Below, one piece after another: positions 25,601 to 36,770 of a stretch of 64,000 nucleotides of DNA (within the stretch, counting starts at the first letter, position 1; the number at the start of each line of letters is the position of its first letter). The position numbers and the translations under genes were made by a program. Location: contig KZ538176.1 in assembly GCA_000934665.2 (NCBI GenBank), positions 186,001-250,000 on the forward strand, read 5' to 3'. The notes under the pieces are model-generated. The model saw only the letters and a list, made by a program, of their open reading frames with translations. It made no database searches and was not told the DNA's origin. Origin of the DNA: Catajapyx aquilonaris. Lineage: Eukaryota.

Positions 25601-27026
25601 GGAAATATCTGAAGTAGAAGTGACAGAACGAGTAGAAATTCCTGATGCCAGCCCAGACACTAGTGAGCCGCAAAGACCTACCACCGAATCGCCTATTTCG
25701 CCTGCTGCAACAACTTCAGGAACTAGTCATGCCACCGAAACTTCCGAAACGGAAGAGAAGGTCACATCTCCTGCACTCACGTCCGAATCACCACTGAGCT
25801 CGACTGAAACAACTGGAGACATATTAACGTCTTCCAAGAGGCCAGAACACACGGAATCACCTGATCTTCCATCCAAGGGTGATGATGGAACAAAGGTTTC
25901 CACAGAAAGCACGGCACAAGAAACGAGCAGTACCAGCGAAGCTTCAGACAAAATCGACACTGGCCTTCCCGAATCAACAACCGGTGCTGGAGTCACGCAC
26001 ACGAAGCTGCCAAGTTCACCTCTCGTTTCTGGAGAAACAACGATACAGCACCTGTCATCCTCGACAACCGAAGGTGCCACAAGTCCCACAATAATGGAGC
26101 TGACGTCCGAGGGCATCGGGACTTCCCTCCATCCACTGGACCAGAAGAAGGACAACTTCACCGCCACAGACGAGACTCCACCCGAGGAGCCCACAGACTC
26201 GACCCAGTCCACGAAAGCCCCAGAGCCCTCAGGATACCAAACGGTCAGGCCGCCTTACCCTCCCTTCACGTACCCTTCGAGAGAGACCACGAGTCCCACT
26301 CCCCCAACCTCCCCGCAGCCGTCCCCGTCCATACCCAAAGGTGCCTGCTTCTATGACAGCAGGGTCTACCACTCTGCCCAGCAAATCCCCAGGTCCGACC
26401 CCTGCAACTTCTGCTTCTGCTTCCGGGGAGACATCATCTGCCTGCAGCAAAGCTGTCCACCTCCAATCAGGGGATGCACCGAGGAGCCAATCAGGGGCTT
26501 CTGCTGCCCCAGATACGAGTGCCCCGTGGCTCATCCATCGGCCAACAAAACCAAGGTTCCTTCGTCTCCTGGACCAACTTACCTCCCAGTCAGTTACTAC
26601 TACTCGCAGCAGTACCAGCAGCCGCAGTACACTGAGGCGGACTGCGAGTACAGCGGGGAGATCTACCAAAATGGTCAAACCATTAAGGCAGCATCTTCAC
26701 CATGCCTTACTTGCAGGTACGCTACTGTCATGCAGAATTCATTATTCCTTCTGATAGCAGCATTACTTCTATTAGTTAGAAGTCTCCATGATTGTTAAGT
26801 TGTTGACAGAATCTTCTAACATTAACAAAAGAATCAAAAGTTTCCCAAGAAGATAGATGCTCACAAAAACCTGTTTGCACGTGAGGTAGGTCAGTGTGAC
26901 TAATTTGACCAACCTGTTTCCTTCTCTGTTTTCAGCTGTGACAACGGGAAGTTGGGCTGCAACCCGAGGACCTGTCACCCAAGCCGCAAGATTTTATACG
27001 CAGCAGCGGCCAGAAGGCGCCGATGA
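7672..27026 (+). CDS. tnc: Tenectin/tenebrin-like secreted extracellular-matrix protein (~2,817 aa): signal peptide, 5 full VWC domains plus a partial sixth, and two large Thr/Glu/Pro-rich mucin-like regions
   Basis: Exons joined in frame by GT-AG: 7672-7774, 15450-15488, 16127-16321, 17468-17601, 17690-17837, 18010-18297, 18354-18470, 19117-21474, 21559-21771, 21872-22066, 22144-26716, 26936-27026 (8,454 nt). Hydrophobic N-terminus (LPWIGLMVVLLASRATVA). VWC signatures CLNCTC..CCP, CELCYC..CCPVRYDC, CEHCYC..CCP, CQITCQC..CCP and CNFCFCFRGDIICLQQSCPPP..CCPRYEC. The architecture and size match insect tenectin; the orthology call is by recognition. AATAAA at 28296-28301. Confidence 0.85.
10943..11170. 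mobile_element. Non-autonomous foldback/Mutator-type MITE with internally repetitive TIRs and a 9-bp TSD
   Basis: Ends GGGATCCGGACT...AGTCCGAGACCC. Long inverted arms are built from ~15-bp subrepeats (TTTCGYCCCC/TGGCCCCC). TATTTTATA is directly repeated at 10934-10942 and 11171-11179. Confidence 0.85.
20328..20591 (+). repeat. Coding 24-bp (8-aa, xVTDxPPE) tandem repeat, 11 units
   Basis: KVTDAPPE RVTDVPPE EVTDGPPE KVTDGPPE...; 96-bp higher-order duplication (20331-20426 vs 20427-20522). Confidence 0.9.
22720..24620 (+). repeat. Coding ~39-bp (13-aa, TEPTRPEEEKEPA-like) tandem repeat array, roughly 45 units
   Basis: Repeated TEPT[RK]P[ED][ED]xKE[PH][AVS] units in the 4.6-kb exon; 117-bp higher-order duplication starting at 23115 and 23232. 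Confidence 0.9.
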
Positions 27027-28546
27027 GGCCATTTTGAGTGAAGGCAGCTGTGTCAGAGAGAGAAAGCGAGTGTGTACGAGGAAGCATGAAAGGAGTAGTA
27101 TGCATGGCTGCAGAGTGTGAGGACGGTGCGAAGACTGAACACATTTCGTGGAATTCCTACCACGAACTACTACGAAGCTCAAGGTAGCACAGACTAAGCA
27201 ACTGGCCAGGGGAGTGGAGAGGTGTCATTTTTTTTAAAAAAAAAGGAGGTTTAAAAAAAATCATGTGTGCACAATTGATGCTTTCGGTTTTTGGACCCTC
27301 ATCTGGCGTTGTAAAAAAGACTTCGAGTACCTAAAAAAAATTTACGACCAAACCAATGAGACAAAATGAAACGTGTCCAGGGCGCAATGCTCATACCAAA
27401 TCTCGCGACTGATAGCGACTTAGTTAAGTGTCTATACAAGATATTTTTCAGACAATGAATTCTAGTGCGCTGCATTGGTGTGTGCAGTTCACAAAGACGT
27501 CCTTTAGGCCGGGATAGTGCTAAGATTTGAACTTCCTGATGGTGATATCATAGTGGCCAGAATGGTGCCAAAATCTTTTACTCTACATTTTTTGTGTTAC
27601 TGCCTTTCTGACTTCCTGGTATTTGATGGGAATAATTGACATTTTACTCCCTCTGGTTTTAGTGTACTGATAACATTATTTTGAGTGATAAGAATGCCCC
27701 GGTGTAATTTTTTTTGAAAATTTTTTGAAACGTAACCAAGCACCGGTGATCGATTTTTCTAATCAAAACCATTTTTTTCATTTTCTTTTAATTTGTAGAC
27801 TACGTCACGACTTATTTTCCTTTTGCTGTCAACCGAGTAGTTCAATGGGCAGAAAAATACTCCAACGCGATACTATTGTGAGTTTTATTTATGTACGCTT
27901 TTACTTCCTTTCTACCCCTTGAACACTCAGGAATTTGATAGTGTTGTTTGGTAAGAGTTGTGATTTTTTGTTACATGAAGTACTGTTGCTTCATGCCTAT
28001 ATTTAATAACTGATGGGTGTACAGAACTCCTGTTTATCATAGTACTCCTGAAGAAAAAAATCCCGATGTTCCGAATTCTCAGAGTATGACACCCTGAGAA
28101 AGAACTGAGGTTGTGTCGTATGTGTGTCACTTTGGGCTGCAAGAGACTCTGTACATAATTATTCTGCTGGACAAACCCTTTTTCAGTCATTTTTACAGTG
28201 CTGCATTTTCTGAAGCCGAGTTTGGTGCCTTCTATATTCGTAATTTTTTTGTCAGTCTTACGTTCAGGAGGCCCTGTATAAAGTGTGCGAATTAAAATAA
28301 AACTTTTGTATGCAATAACAACAATTAAGTCAACATTTACAGCTTTCCCCTTCACTTTTCAGCTTTTAAGAAATATCAAGCCTCTAAAATGTAGTATAAT
28401 ATATTTCAAATTAATTACTAGTACCTATATCTTGTACATACTTGTCCTTGAAATGAGAAGAAAAGGCTGGCCATATACTGTATGTCAGATAATAACCCTG
28501 CAATGAAACTAAGGTACAACTTCCAAGACCTGAGTATCTACTGCTA

Positions 28547-28628
28547 GCTTGTAGGCGTAGGGTTAGCGTCGACTCTTGCTAATTGTAAGGGCCCACGTTC
28601 GATACCAGGCAGGCGAGTTTTTTTTTTT
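28547..28628 (+). pseudogene. tRNA-like sequence (tRNA pseudogene or SINE head) followed by a T-run
   Basis: Partial cloverleaf: acceptor GCTTGT/GCAGGC, D-stem GGCG/CGTC, B-box-like GTTCGATACC. The T-stem is broken and the anticodon loop is non-canonical. T11 follows at 28618-28628. Confidence 0.5.
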
Positions 28629-29439
28629 CTCTCTCTATCCATTAAATAATAAGTGTGACAGAAGTTGCAGATGTTCCACAGCACAAGATGTCCATCCAGA
28701 CAACGATCTAGAAGGATCCGACGACATGTGATTTCCCTCTTACAAAATAAAAATACCGCCTGCCCTAGGAAGGGGGCGGGGGGGAGGGGGGGGGATAAGA
28801 AGAGAGGTGAAAGAGACGGGAATAAGGTATAGAGTACAAGACTACACGAAATTTTGCTCATCTAAAATCGCGTCGACGTTCTGCGCATCCTCTGATTATT
28901 TTTTTTGGTCAATATTAATCCGTACACACATGCCACGAAGCAGTGAAGTTGGCACTAAACAATCTTTAATATATTTTTATAAAATATAAAAAAAGAAGAA
29001 GAGTTAGTACACCGAACGTGTATCGAGCGTCCGTCCTATTATCCCAAGGAGGCGGCGATGACCACTAGGATCTGATCGCTGCCCAATGGGACTGCTACAT
29101 TTGGCAAGCGGCATACTTCTTCACATCGAGAGATATACTGTATATCTATGTACTGTGCTCTGTACAGGCTCATTACGAAAGATCCGACAGATGGAGACTG
29201 AGGTAGTAGGGCCTGCCTCTGACCAAAAACCTAATATTAGGGCCTCTTAGGTCAAAGGTCAGTCTGCAACAAACCATGGGAAATGCCCTAAAAATGGTGC
29301 TGGTTCATTTGCATGTGCTTGTGAGTGGATAGGACCTGTAGTTAAAATTTTAGGAGTGAATATTTGGGGGGCTAATAGATTTGAGAATGGAACTCCCTGG
29401 TATACATTAATGCATGAGATGAAGCACCCATTATTGAAT

Positions 29440-31630
29440 TTTCACTTTCAATTTTTTATTATTAAAAATGTGTCATTTTTTCGCAAACCACGGTCGACAT
29501 CATAGAGTTGTTTGCATAGTCATCACAGTGCCGGTATCGGAAGAGACGAACGAAACAACTCTCACTTGAGTTGCATTTCCGAAGGTGGTGAAAGAGAAAC
29601 GCTTCTAACGAGACTCAATCTGATTTTGTCTACCCCTCGTACTCTCTCTGACGACGATTTCGATCCGACGAGCATGACCCGACCTATTCGTGATTCTTCT
29701 GCCATGCTAACCGCCTGCCTCATGAGCATCCCTTGTGACAAAATGAGAAGCCATGCTCTATGTCCACAACCCACGACCGTATATGAGCAGGATCTCCTCG
29801 CCAGCCAAACAATACCTAAAATAATAACTGCGCATGAAAAACGAGACAACATCGGCGATGACAGTAACAACACACCATATACACTGAAGGATGACATATC
29901 AGCGGAACCTATTTCTGAGCATATGTAACGAAAAATCACCTCGTAAATCCGAACATCACCATATTAACACCCTAGAGGAGTTGTTGATAATGCAGGGTAT
30001 GTAAAAAAAACCGTCAAAAGTCAAAGATCACATGGTAAATGCCGCCAGTGAAACTCTGCCATTCCAAATGGTCACACACACTTGTTCATGTGTAGCCTAC
30101 ACCAAGCACATACATACGTATATATAGTACATAATTTCTTCATGTATGTACAGTACCAGACACATCTTTGATGACGACCATGGCATATTCTCTCATTACC
30201 GGCACCCTACGAGAACCCAGTTGTCGCCATCACCTGTCAGACAGCTAGAATAACGAGACATCTTCATCACCACACGTTCCCAGAATTATTAGACTATTTT
30301 GCTGAACACAAAGGCAGTTTGAAACGCTCGGTTTGAAAACATTGTTGTACACTTCGACCGCACCATGGCGGTATAGGTAACATACAAATGTATACAGTAT
30401 CCAAATACTAGTAGGCCTACCCTGCACATACCTGAGTGCTGATCTGAAAATGAACAAGATTAAACACAGATAATGCAATATAACTCGATATCCACCTGAA
30501 AACATCCAGATCAAATGTCTACTAGTTGCCTATTTCCCTGGAGACGTCCATCTCAATAAGCAATCGCACATGTTTCTGCTACACAAAATAACTGTAAAAC
30601 TGAACAATTATTGTCAGCATAACAACAGTGGTGGAGGATAAGCAACTCACTGTATCAGTGCCTTTGTTGATGTGTCAAGCACAGACAACATGTGACATTG
30701 TGACATTGTGAGTAATGCAATTTTCTCATGAAATAAATTGTTAAATTTTAGTATTTTACGCAGTATTATGATTCATTAAAATGCAGGATGTTCATTATTA
30801 TTTTATCGATTGTCCTCAAACTAATAGACTACCTCAGTTGTTCTGATCTTCCTTATCAAAAAGGAAGTAACAGCAACACAGCCAACACTCCCTTGTGTGA
30901 CATGGTCGAATGTTTCTTATGCGTATGAAGCACACTGCCATTCATGTTCCGACTTGGAAGTGGTATAGCATAACAACTAATAACCTGATGCAAATTAATT
31001 AGTGAATTAACAGCGTCGTCACATCATGAGGAAAAATCTGGGTCAGATTCAACATATCTGACACGCCGAACAAGACAGCCGGAAAATGATACGAGTACAC
31101 CCGGCTGTGACCATCAAGGTGGCGAACAATCAATGGGTACAATTCCCACCATGTCATCTGTCACATTGAACCTCCCAGCTCATTTTAGGCGCGAAAAATA
31201 CGCGCCAAAATGTCGTCCATCCTCGCTCGGGATCAACCTACCCTCCTCACAGCCCCTACTCTAGCTGCCACCCCCAAGCCCACACACACCCTTGGCCCCG
31301 AGGTGGCCCTGAGGCACGCCCTAGGGGCTAACCTGCGCTTATCACACGAACACAGCGTCGCGTCGGCCACCCTAAATTCACGGCTACCCTGCGGAAGAAC
31401 TTACCGCGGTTCGGTCTCGGTGAAGTCCCCGACGGCCGACGGCCTCGGTGGCGGACACCCGTCGACATGCCCATGCCTGCTGCCGGGTGCACAGTTGGCC
31501 AAGGGCGGCCCGGGGTCAGTGACACTCCCTGCCCGGGGGTAACTGACCGCCAAGCAGCGTCCGATCCGCAGAAAGACCCACCAAAAAAAAAGAGGGGAGA
31601 AAAGCAAGATGGCTACCTTCCCCTTCGATA
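29440..31630 (-). ncRNA. Candidate spliced non-coding transcript from a CpG-rich promoter
   Basis: Minus strand: strong donor GCG|GTAAGT at ~31404, acceptors at ~30985 (cactaattaatttgcatcag) and 29816 (ttattattttag), further splice-like sites at 30150-30660, AATAAA at 29460-29455. No convincing ORF was found across the exons. Confidence 0.3.
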
Positions 31631-31690
31631 TGGCGGGCGCCGATTGGCTGAACCTAGCCAATGACAGCAGACCACCAATTTCTTCGGGAC
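31190..31690. promoter_or_regulatory. CpG-island-like promoter
   Basis: Sharply GC/CpG-rich block with opposed CCAAT boxes (GATTGG ~31642, CCAAT ~31658 and ~31675), YY1-type AAGATGGC at ~31605 and a pyrimidine-rich tract on the minus strand. Confidence 0.5.
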
Positions 31691-34537
31691 TACGCTACAT
31701 TTTAAATCATTTTGAGTAGCTCATTTTTAATTGTGATCAACAGTATTAGTTGCTAATAATAGTTTGGTTGATGGTTTTATAGACAATTCCGAAAGTTATT
31801 GGTTTTTTCTTGTCCAGCTTGCATAGTGGCAAGCGAGTGTTTCTGTCCATATTCCCTCAGTTATTACAGTCCCGACTTCTTTGCTTATTTCAATAATATT
31901 AGCAGCACAAATATACGAATTTTATTCTTAATTTTATTTATTCGCAGATGTTCATACAGAAAAAGTTTGAATTGATTGACTCCACACCCTAACAATCTTT
32001 ACAATTCTGCTTCACAACTGGCGTCAACACCACAAAAATAATGTAACGTGTACTCCACATTTAAGGCATGGGTTATACCTACGGTATGTATAAAATCATT
32101 ACATTTAAAACACCCATTGTGTCAGAATTTGAGTTTACGGGCACCCATAAAGTGTGCGAATATCCTACATTGACACACATTCATTTTGGTGTACTGTCGC
32201 AATCTAACTGTACGCAACACTACATGAGCTGGCATTGGACCACATATCTATACCCACTTTAAGCCTATAAATGCAGCAGTGCAAGTGGCATTCATATATA
32301 CCCTCCAGTTATGATGCTATTTAATTGAGCAATAATGCAATGCCCACGCCTCAAGTCAGTCATTCAGGATCAATCAAGTTTTTATCAAAAGTAGCAAGTT
32401 ACAATATCAGCAATAAACTGCCATAGTTTATGGTACAGTAGCCCTACATGCGCCTGGCCTAATTCGAGATGTGATTTTGTCTCTCTTCTATAAATGGACA
32501 CGTAAGCAATTCGGCTCAAGAAAGTGACGCAAAGTCTCAAAATCTGAACCATAAACTTCTCCCTCACTTTATTTTGCAACTTCAAAACTTTCTCCTTATT
32601 ATAGTCTCCCCAATGTCTCAAATAGTCTCGTCGGTTTTCTCCGTCAACAGGATCAAGAAGAAAATAACTCTCTGCCTACCAAAACAAACAAAAAATAATG
32701 ACGGAGCGAGCAACTTCCTAGCACTTAATAAATTTCAAAACATTTTCCCTTTCGCTTAACCTGTTTGAAATGGATACCCAAAAAAACCGCCTCTAGGAAG
32801 AACACCGTGATCTGAATGCTCTGAATATGAGTCATCATTGCATGAATTATGTTTAGTATTCAATGGAATTTCTCTCGAGCTATGCAAATTTTGAAGAAAG
32901 TCGACTGCCAATAACCCCAATATCCGCTTAAAAAAATTGTACGGTAGACATAACTTTTCACGTCATATACATACATATCCGAGTAAAACAGCACGCAACT
33001 AATAAATAAAAACGTAACATTATGCAAAACGTGTCACGCATGGACACCCCATCGCACATGCAGACAGTACCTCACGCGAGTCAACCTTTTGAATTTTTAC
33101 GGTAGTAATCTACATGCTGCAAGAAGACAATTTATACACATTTTGAAACTAGCCACTGTGACGTAATTAATCATGACAGGTGGCACTTTCTCCGATCCCG
33201 TTCAAAAGCAGCCGTCTCCGAGCAACTTTGTAGCAGGAAGGAGTTCAGTGGACCCTGTTCAAGTAGGCCTATGTACCAGCTGCTGTCTATATGATCATCA
33301 AGTGACAAATATCATCTGAATGGCATTGTTATTAGGTAAAATCAATGTTATCAACATTTAGCCAATAAAAGATTTGCACACTTTGCAACAATTGTTGCAA
33401 AGTGTGCAATTTGGTTCAATCTTTTCAATTGACGCAAACAATCGGCCTACTTTGTGATTATCTAACATCGGTGCAAGACAAGGTTGAAAAAATTCGTATC
33501 TTTCCATCGGATCCTACGCGGTTGCTTGAATTTCGATCAGGAAGTGAGTTCCATACCACTCCGCCAACCTTCTGTGTGTTTCGCTTTCTTTCACCTACTT
33601 CCCCGTCCAGATCCTTCCTCTATCTGGCAGCAGCCAACTCTTACTTTTCATTAGTGAAAGCCTTCCAGGAATCGTATCAATCCTGAATCCACACATGTAC
33701 ACTCATAGATTGCGTAACTATATCGGCTGAATGATTTTGGAGGGGAAAAAGTAGTCACGGATCACCCTTACAATGTCAGTCTATTTTCTTCACCCATATT
33801 TTTTTTAGACGTTACAGTTAGATTGAGCTTCGATTCCTACAAAAATATAGTACAAAATTATACAAAAAAGGGGCTTGCGGTATACAGTAGGACAGAACTT
33901 GGGGCATATGAGGTCCATGGTTGCTGGATGTACACAAATGACGACGTTCACTTTCTACCCCCTGGAATACTGACTTGAAGAAAAACGCACTGGGGTTGTT
34001 GTTGTTTTTGATATGACGTAAACGATGTGCATACAAGGTGCCCGAAATTACTGCGAGATTTCTTTACTTTGGTGGTGGTGGAACAGGTCGACATTGAACG
34101 TGAAGAAAGTGATTATGCGAATATGAGAAAGTTTGTGGTTGCCTAATGCTTCATTTGCATCAAAAGGGAGTTTCCTCCCGGCATTCCATCAATTTCCGGA
34201 AGAATCTGCTAACAGTTGTCGGACACCATGCTCAACACAGGTATTTGATGCACATTGAGGGAACCATCCGCGGGTCAGAAGCATTGTCCATCATAGAGTT
34301 CAGACCTTCCCATTTATCAACCCCCCTCCCCCCAATCCCAAAAAAACGAGGAACAGTGACTGGCCACAGACTCCCAGGACGGACAATCCGGACCTTTTCT
34401 GCAAGTCTCGGGCAGTGCCATCCAAGACAGCACCAGCCCCCCACAGTTAAATTATTACATATCACACCCGGAAGAAGGCAACCGGGCAACTTTTACACGA
34501 TGACTTTTGGTTGAGCAGCCTGCACACTGGATACGCC

Positions 34538-36610
34538 TCATTTGCGTCGTTGCCATCCTCCTTGGTTCTCGTATGGTTCGTCGTTGATTCCTGACTTGAC
34601 TCCTTGCAGAAGACCCGTGGAGAAGCCCTTCCCGCCCTCGATCAGTCCGGTCAGGAGGTTGCCTGATGTGCGAGCGGCCTGGACCACTCCGGAGGTCAGC
34701 AGCTCCTTGGTGCCGGCCAGGAAGTCCACGGCCGTACCCACGGTGCTGGCCAACCGGCCGGACACATCTCCAAGAAGGTCAAAGGCGATCGGAAGTGTAC
34801 CGGACAGGCTGGTCTTAGTGGCTGCCACGCTGCCTACGATGTTGGACAGGACATGGAGGAGACCACCAGTCACATCTCCGGCCGTCTCCAAGATCTTCTT
34901 CAACACCTGTGCTCCTCCTCGGACAGCCTGAAAATGAAGATGGGTCAGAGGTCATGTAGTGTAAATGCACCGTACTAGTGTAACCGGCTCACCTGAGGGA
35001 TTGACTTAGCAGCCTGTTGAGTGACTCCAGTGGCCACATCGGCGGTTTGAGCAGCTGTGTCTGCAAAGCCGGTCACGACTGGCTTGAGAAGTTGGAGAGT
35101 GAGTGTGGGGATTCCCAATATGAGTCGGGCGAATTGGCCCACGACGTTTCCGGTGGTTCCTCCCACGCTCTTCAGGTTGTGGGCGATGACGTCTCCTGGT
35201 AAGGCATAGCCTGTGCTGGATTGGGACACACCGTAGCTGGTACTAGCTCCTGTGGTGAGTCCTCCTAGAGCGGCTTGGATGGCAGCAGGGTCACAAGGGC
35301 AGTTCATCATTCGGTCAAGAAGGGAATTTCCGGTCATGATGTACTGCCTGGCTACTCTTGAGGAGCTGCTTTCGGACCCGGTTCCCGAGGCAGTTGTGGA
35401 TGATGTGGTGGTGCTTGAAGTGCTGCTGCTGGCCTCGGTGGTGTCCTTCTCGGTCAGCACCCGCGGAAGAGGAGCTGATCCGGATGTGGCTACGTCATTG
35501 GCACTGGTGGTGCTCTTCACAGCATCCGCACCTTTGGATGAATCCAGGTTGTTGGGGGCTGACGAGGCAGATGCCAGCAGCAGGGCCTGGATGGAACCAG
35601 AACCGATTCATTGTCACATATTTTGGCAAGGTTGTTGAAAGAAAGTTGCGTCAAATAAGCTGGATTCGCTTCAAGAGAAAAGAGGAAAAGCTGCTCTTTG
35701 TCTGACCACTCCCTGCATGTTTGGCGTTACACAGAAGCATGGTACGAAGCAGTGAAAGTTATTTAATTCGTTTGAGAAATATCAGCGATTTTGGACAGGT
35801 ACCAATAAATCGGAGGCTACCGTAAGCGAAAACACTTTTCCTGACTCAAAAACATGCGTCCTTCGGGAATGGTCGAGACCTTGATTCCCATGCCGTGTGA
35901 TACTGTACTAAATGCTAGAAAGCTTGCATGATCTAGGGTGAGAACATCACGGAACATACCTGCAGCAATTCCAATGGGATGTCGTTGACATTGAACTGTC
36001 GCTGTGGAGAATCCGGTAGCTGTGTACCAGTAGCCCTTGTCTGTCGGTCCTCCACAGGGTCGGCTTCCACCACATCTACCAACCTCCGTGATTGAGTAAG
36101 CGACGATGGAATAACATTCTCCTCAGGCTTGGGTGGAGCAGTAGTGGTGCTGGTTGTAGTGCTGGTTGTAGTGGTTTTCCTAGTTGTAGGTCGTGGTGTA
36201 GTAGTGGTGGTAGAAGTAGTTCTACGAGTGGTGGGCCTACGAGTTGTAGTAGTGGTAGTTGTAGTTGTAGTGGTTGTGGTTGAGCGCCTTGGTGCACTAG
36301 TGACCCTTCCGGTAGTGGAGGTCACTCTTCTATGAGTCGACGTTTCCGGTTTCTTCGTCGTTGTCGTGGTGGACGTTGATGATTTGGAAGAGACTGCTGG
36401 AGTGGAGTGACCTATCGAGTCCAGCTGCGAGTTGCGCCTCCCTCTGTCCCAAAGTTCGTCTATGAGGACACCATGAGACGAGAGGTCATCATCCAAAGGC
36501 ACGAAGGCTGAGTCACGTTCAAATCCAATTGCCGCCCTGCTGTCTGTGGTCCTAACCAGAAGGACAGCACCGAGGGCGATGGAGAGGGCGACGAGGGTTG
36601 TCCAACTCAT
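34538..36610 (-). CDS. Uncharacterised secreted protein (~544 aa): signal peptide, Thr-rich mucin-like stalk, amphipathic Gly/Leu/Thr/Ala-rich C-terminal domain
   Basis: Exons 36610-35960, 35586-34993 and 34927-34538, joined by phase-0 GT-AG introns into one frame (1,635 nt). N-terminus MSWTTLVALSIALGAVLLVRTTDS. Poly-Thr tract. Coding-like GC content against an AT-rich background. Confidence 0.85.
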
Positions 36611-36730
36611 TCTTGGCACTTTGTGTGGAATATATTGACACCCTGTTGATGAAAGTAATAAAAATCTAAGCACACTGTAATATCCCACACACGTATCAAT
36701 AGAGACCACCTACACCTTGTGAAGCTGTCT

Positions 36731-36770
36731 TTCAACTGATGCAGATATGTAGGTGGACTGTGGTTTTATA
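36731..36770 (-). promoter_or_regulatory. TATA box plus arthropod Initiator core promoter of the orphan secreted gene
   Basis: Minus strand: TATAAAA at 36770-36764 and TCAGTT (Inr consensus TCAKTY) with +1 A at 36737, 33 nt downstream. Plausible 5'UTR intron at 36715-36643. Confidence 0.65.

Noticed and set aside
19091..26212. Other antisense Ser/Gly/Val-rich ORFs over the mucin exons
   Set aside because: Shadows of the low-complexity sense coding sequence.
29198..29209. TGAGGTAGTAGG, identical to the first 12 nt of let-7
   Set aside because: The match ends after 12 nt and there is no let-7 hairpin or star arm.
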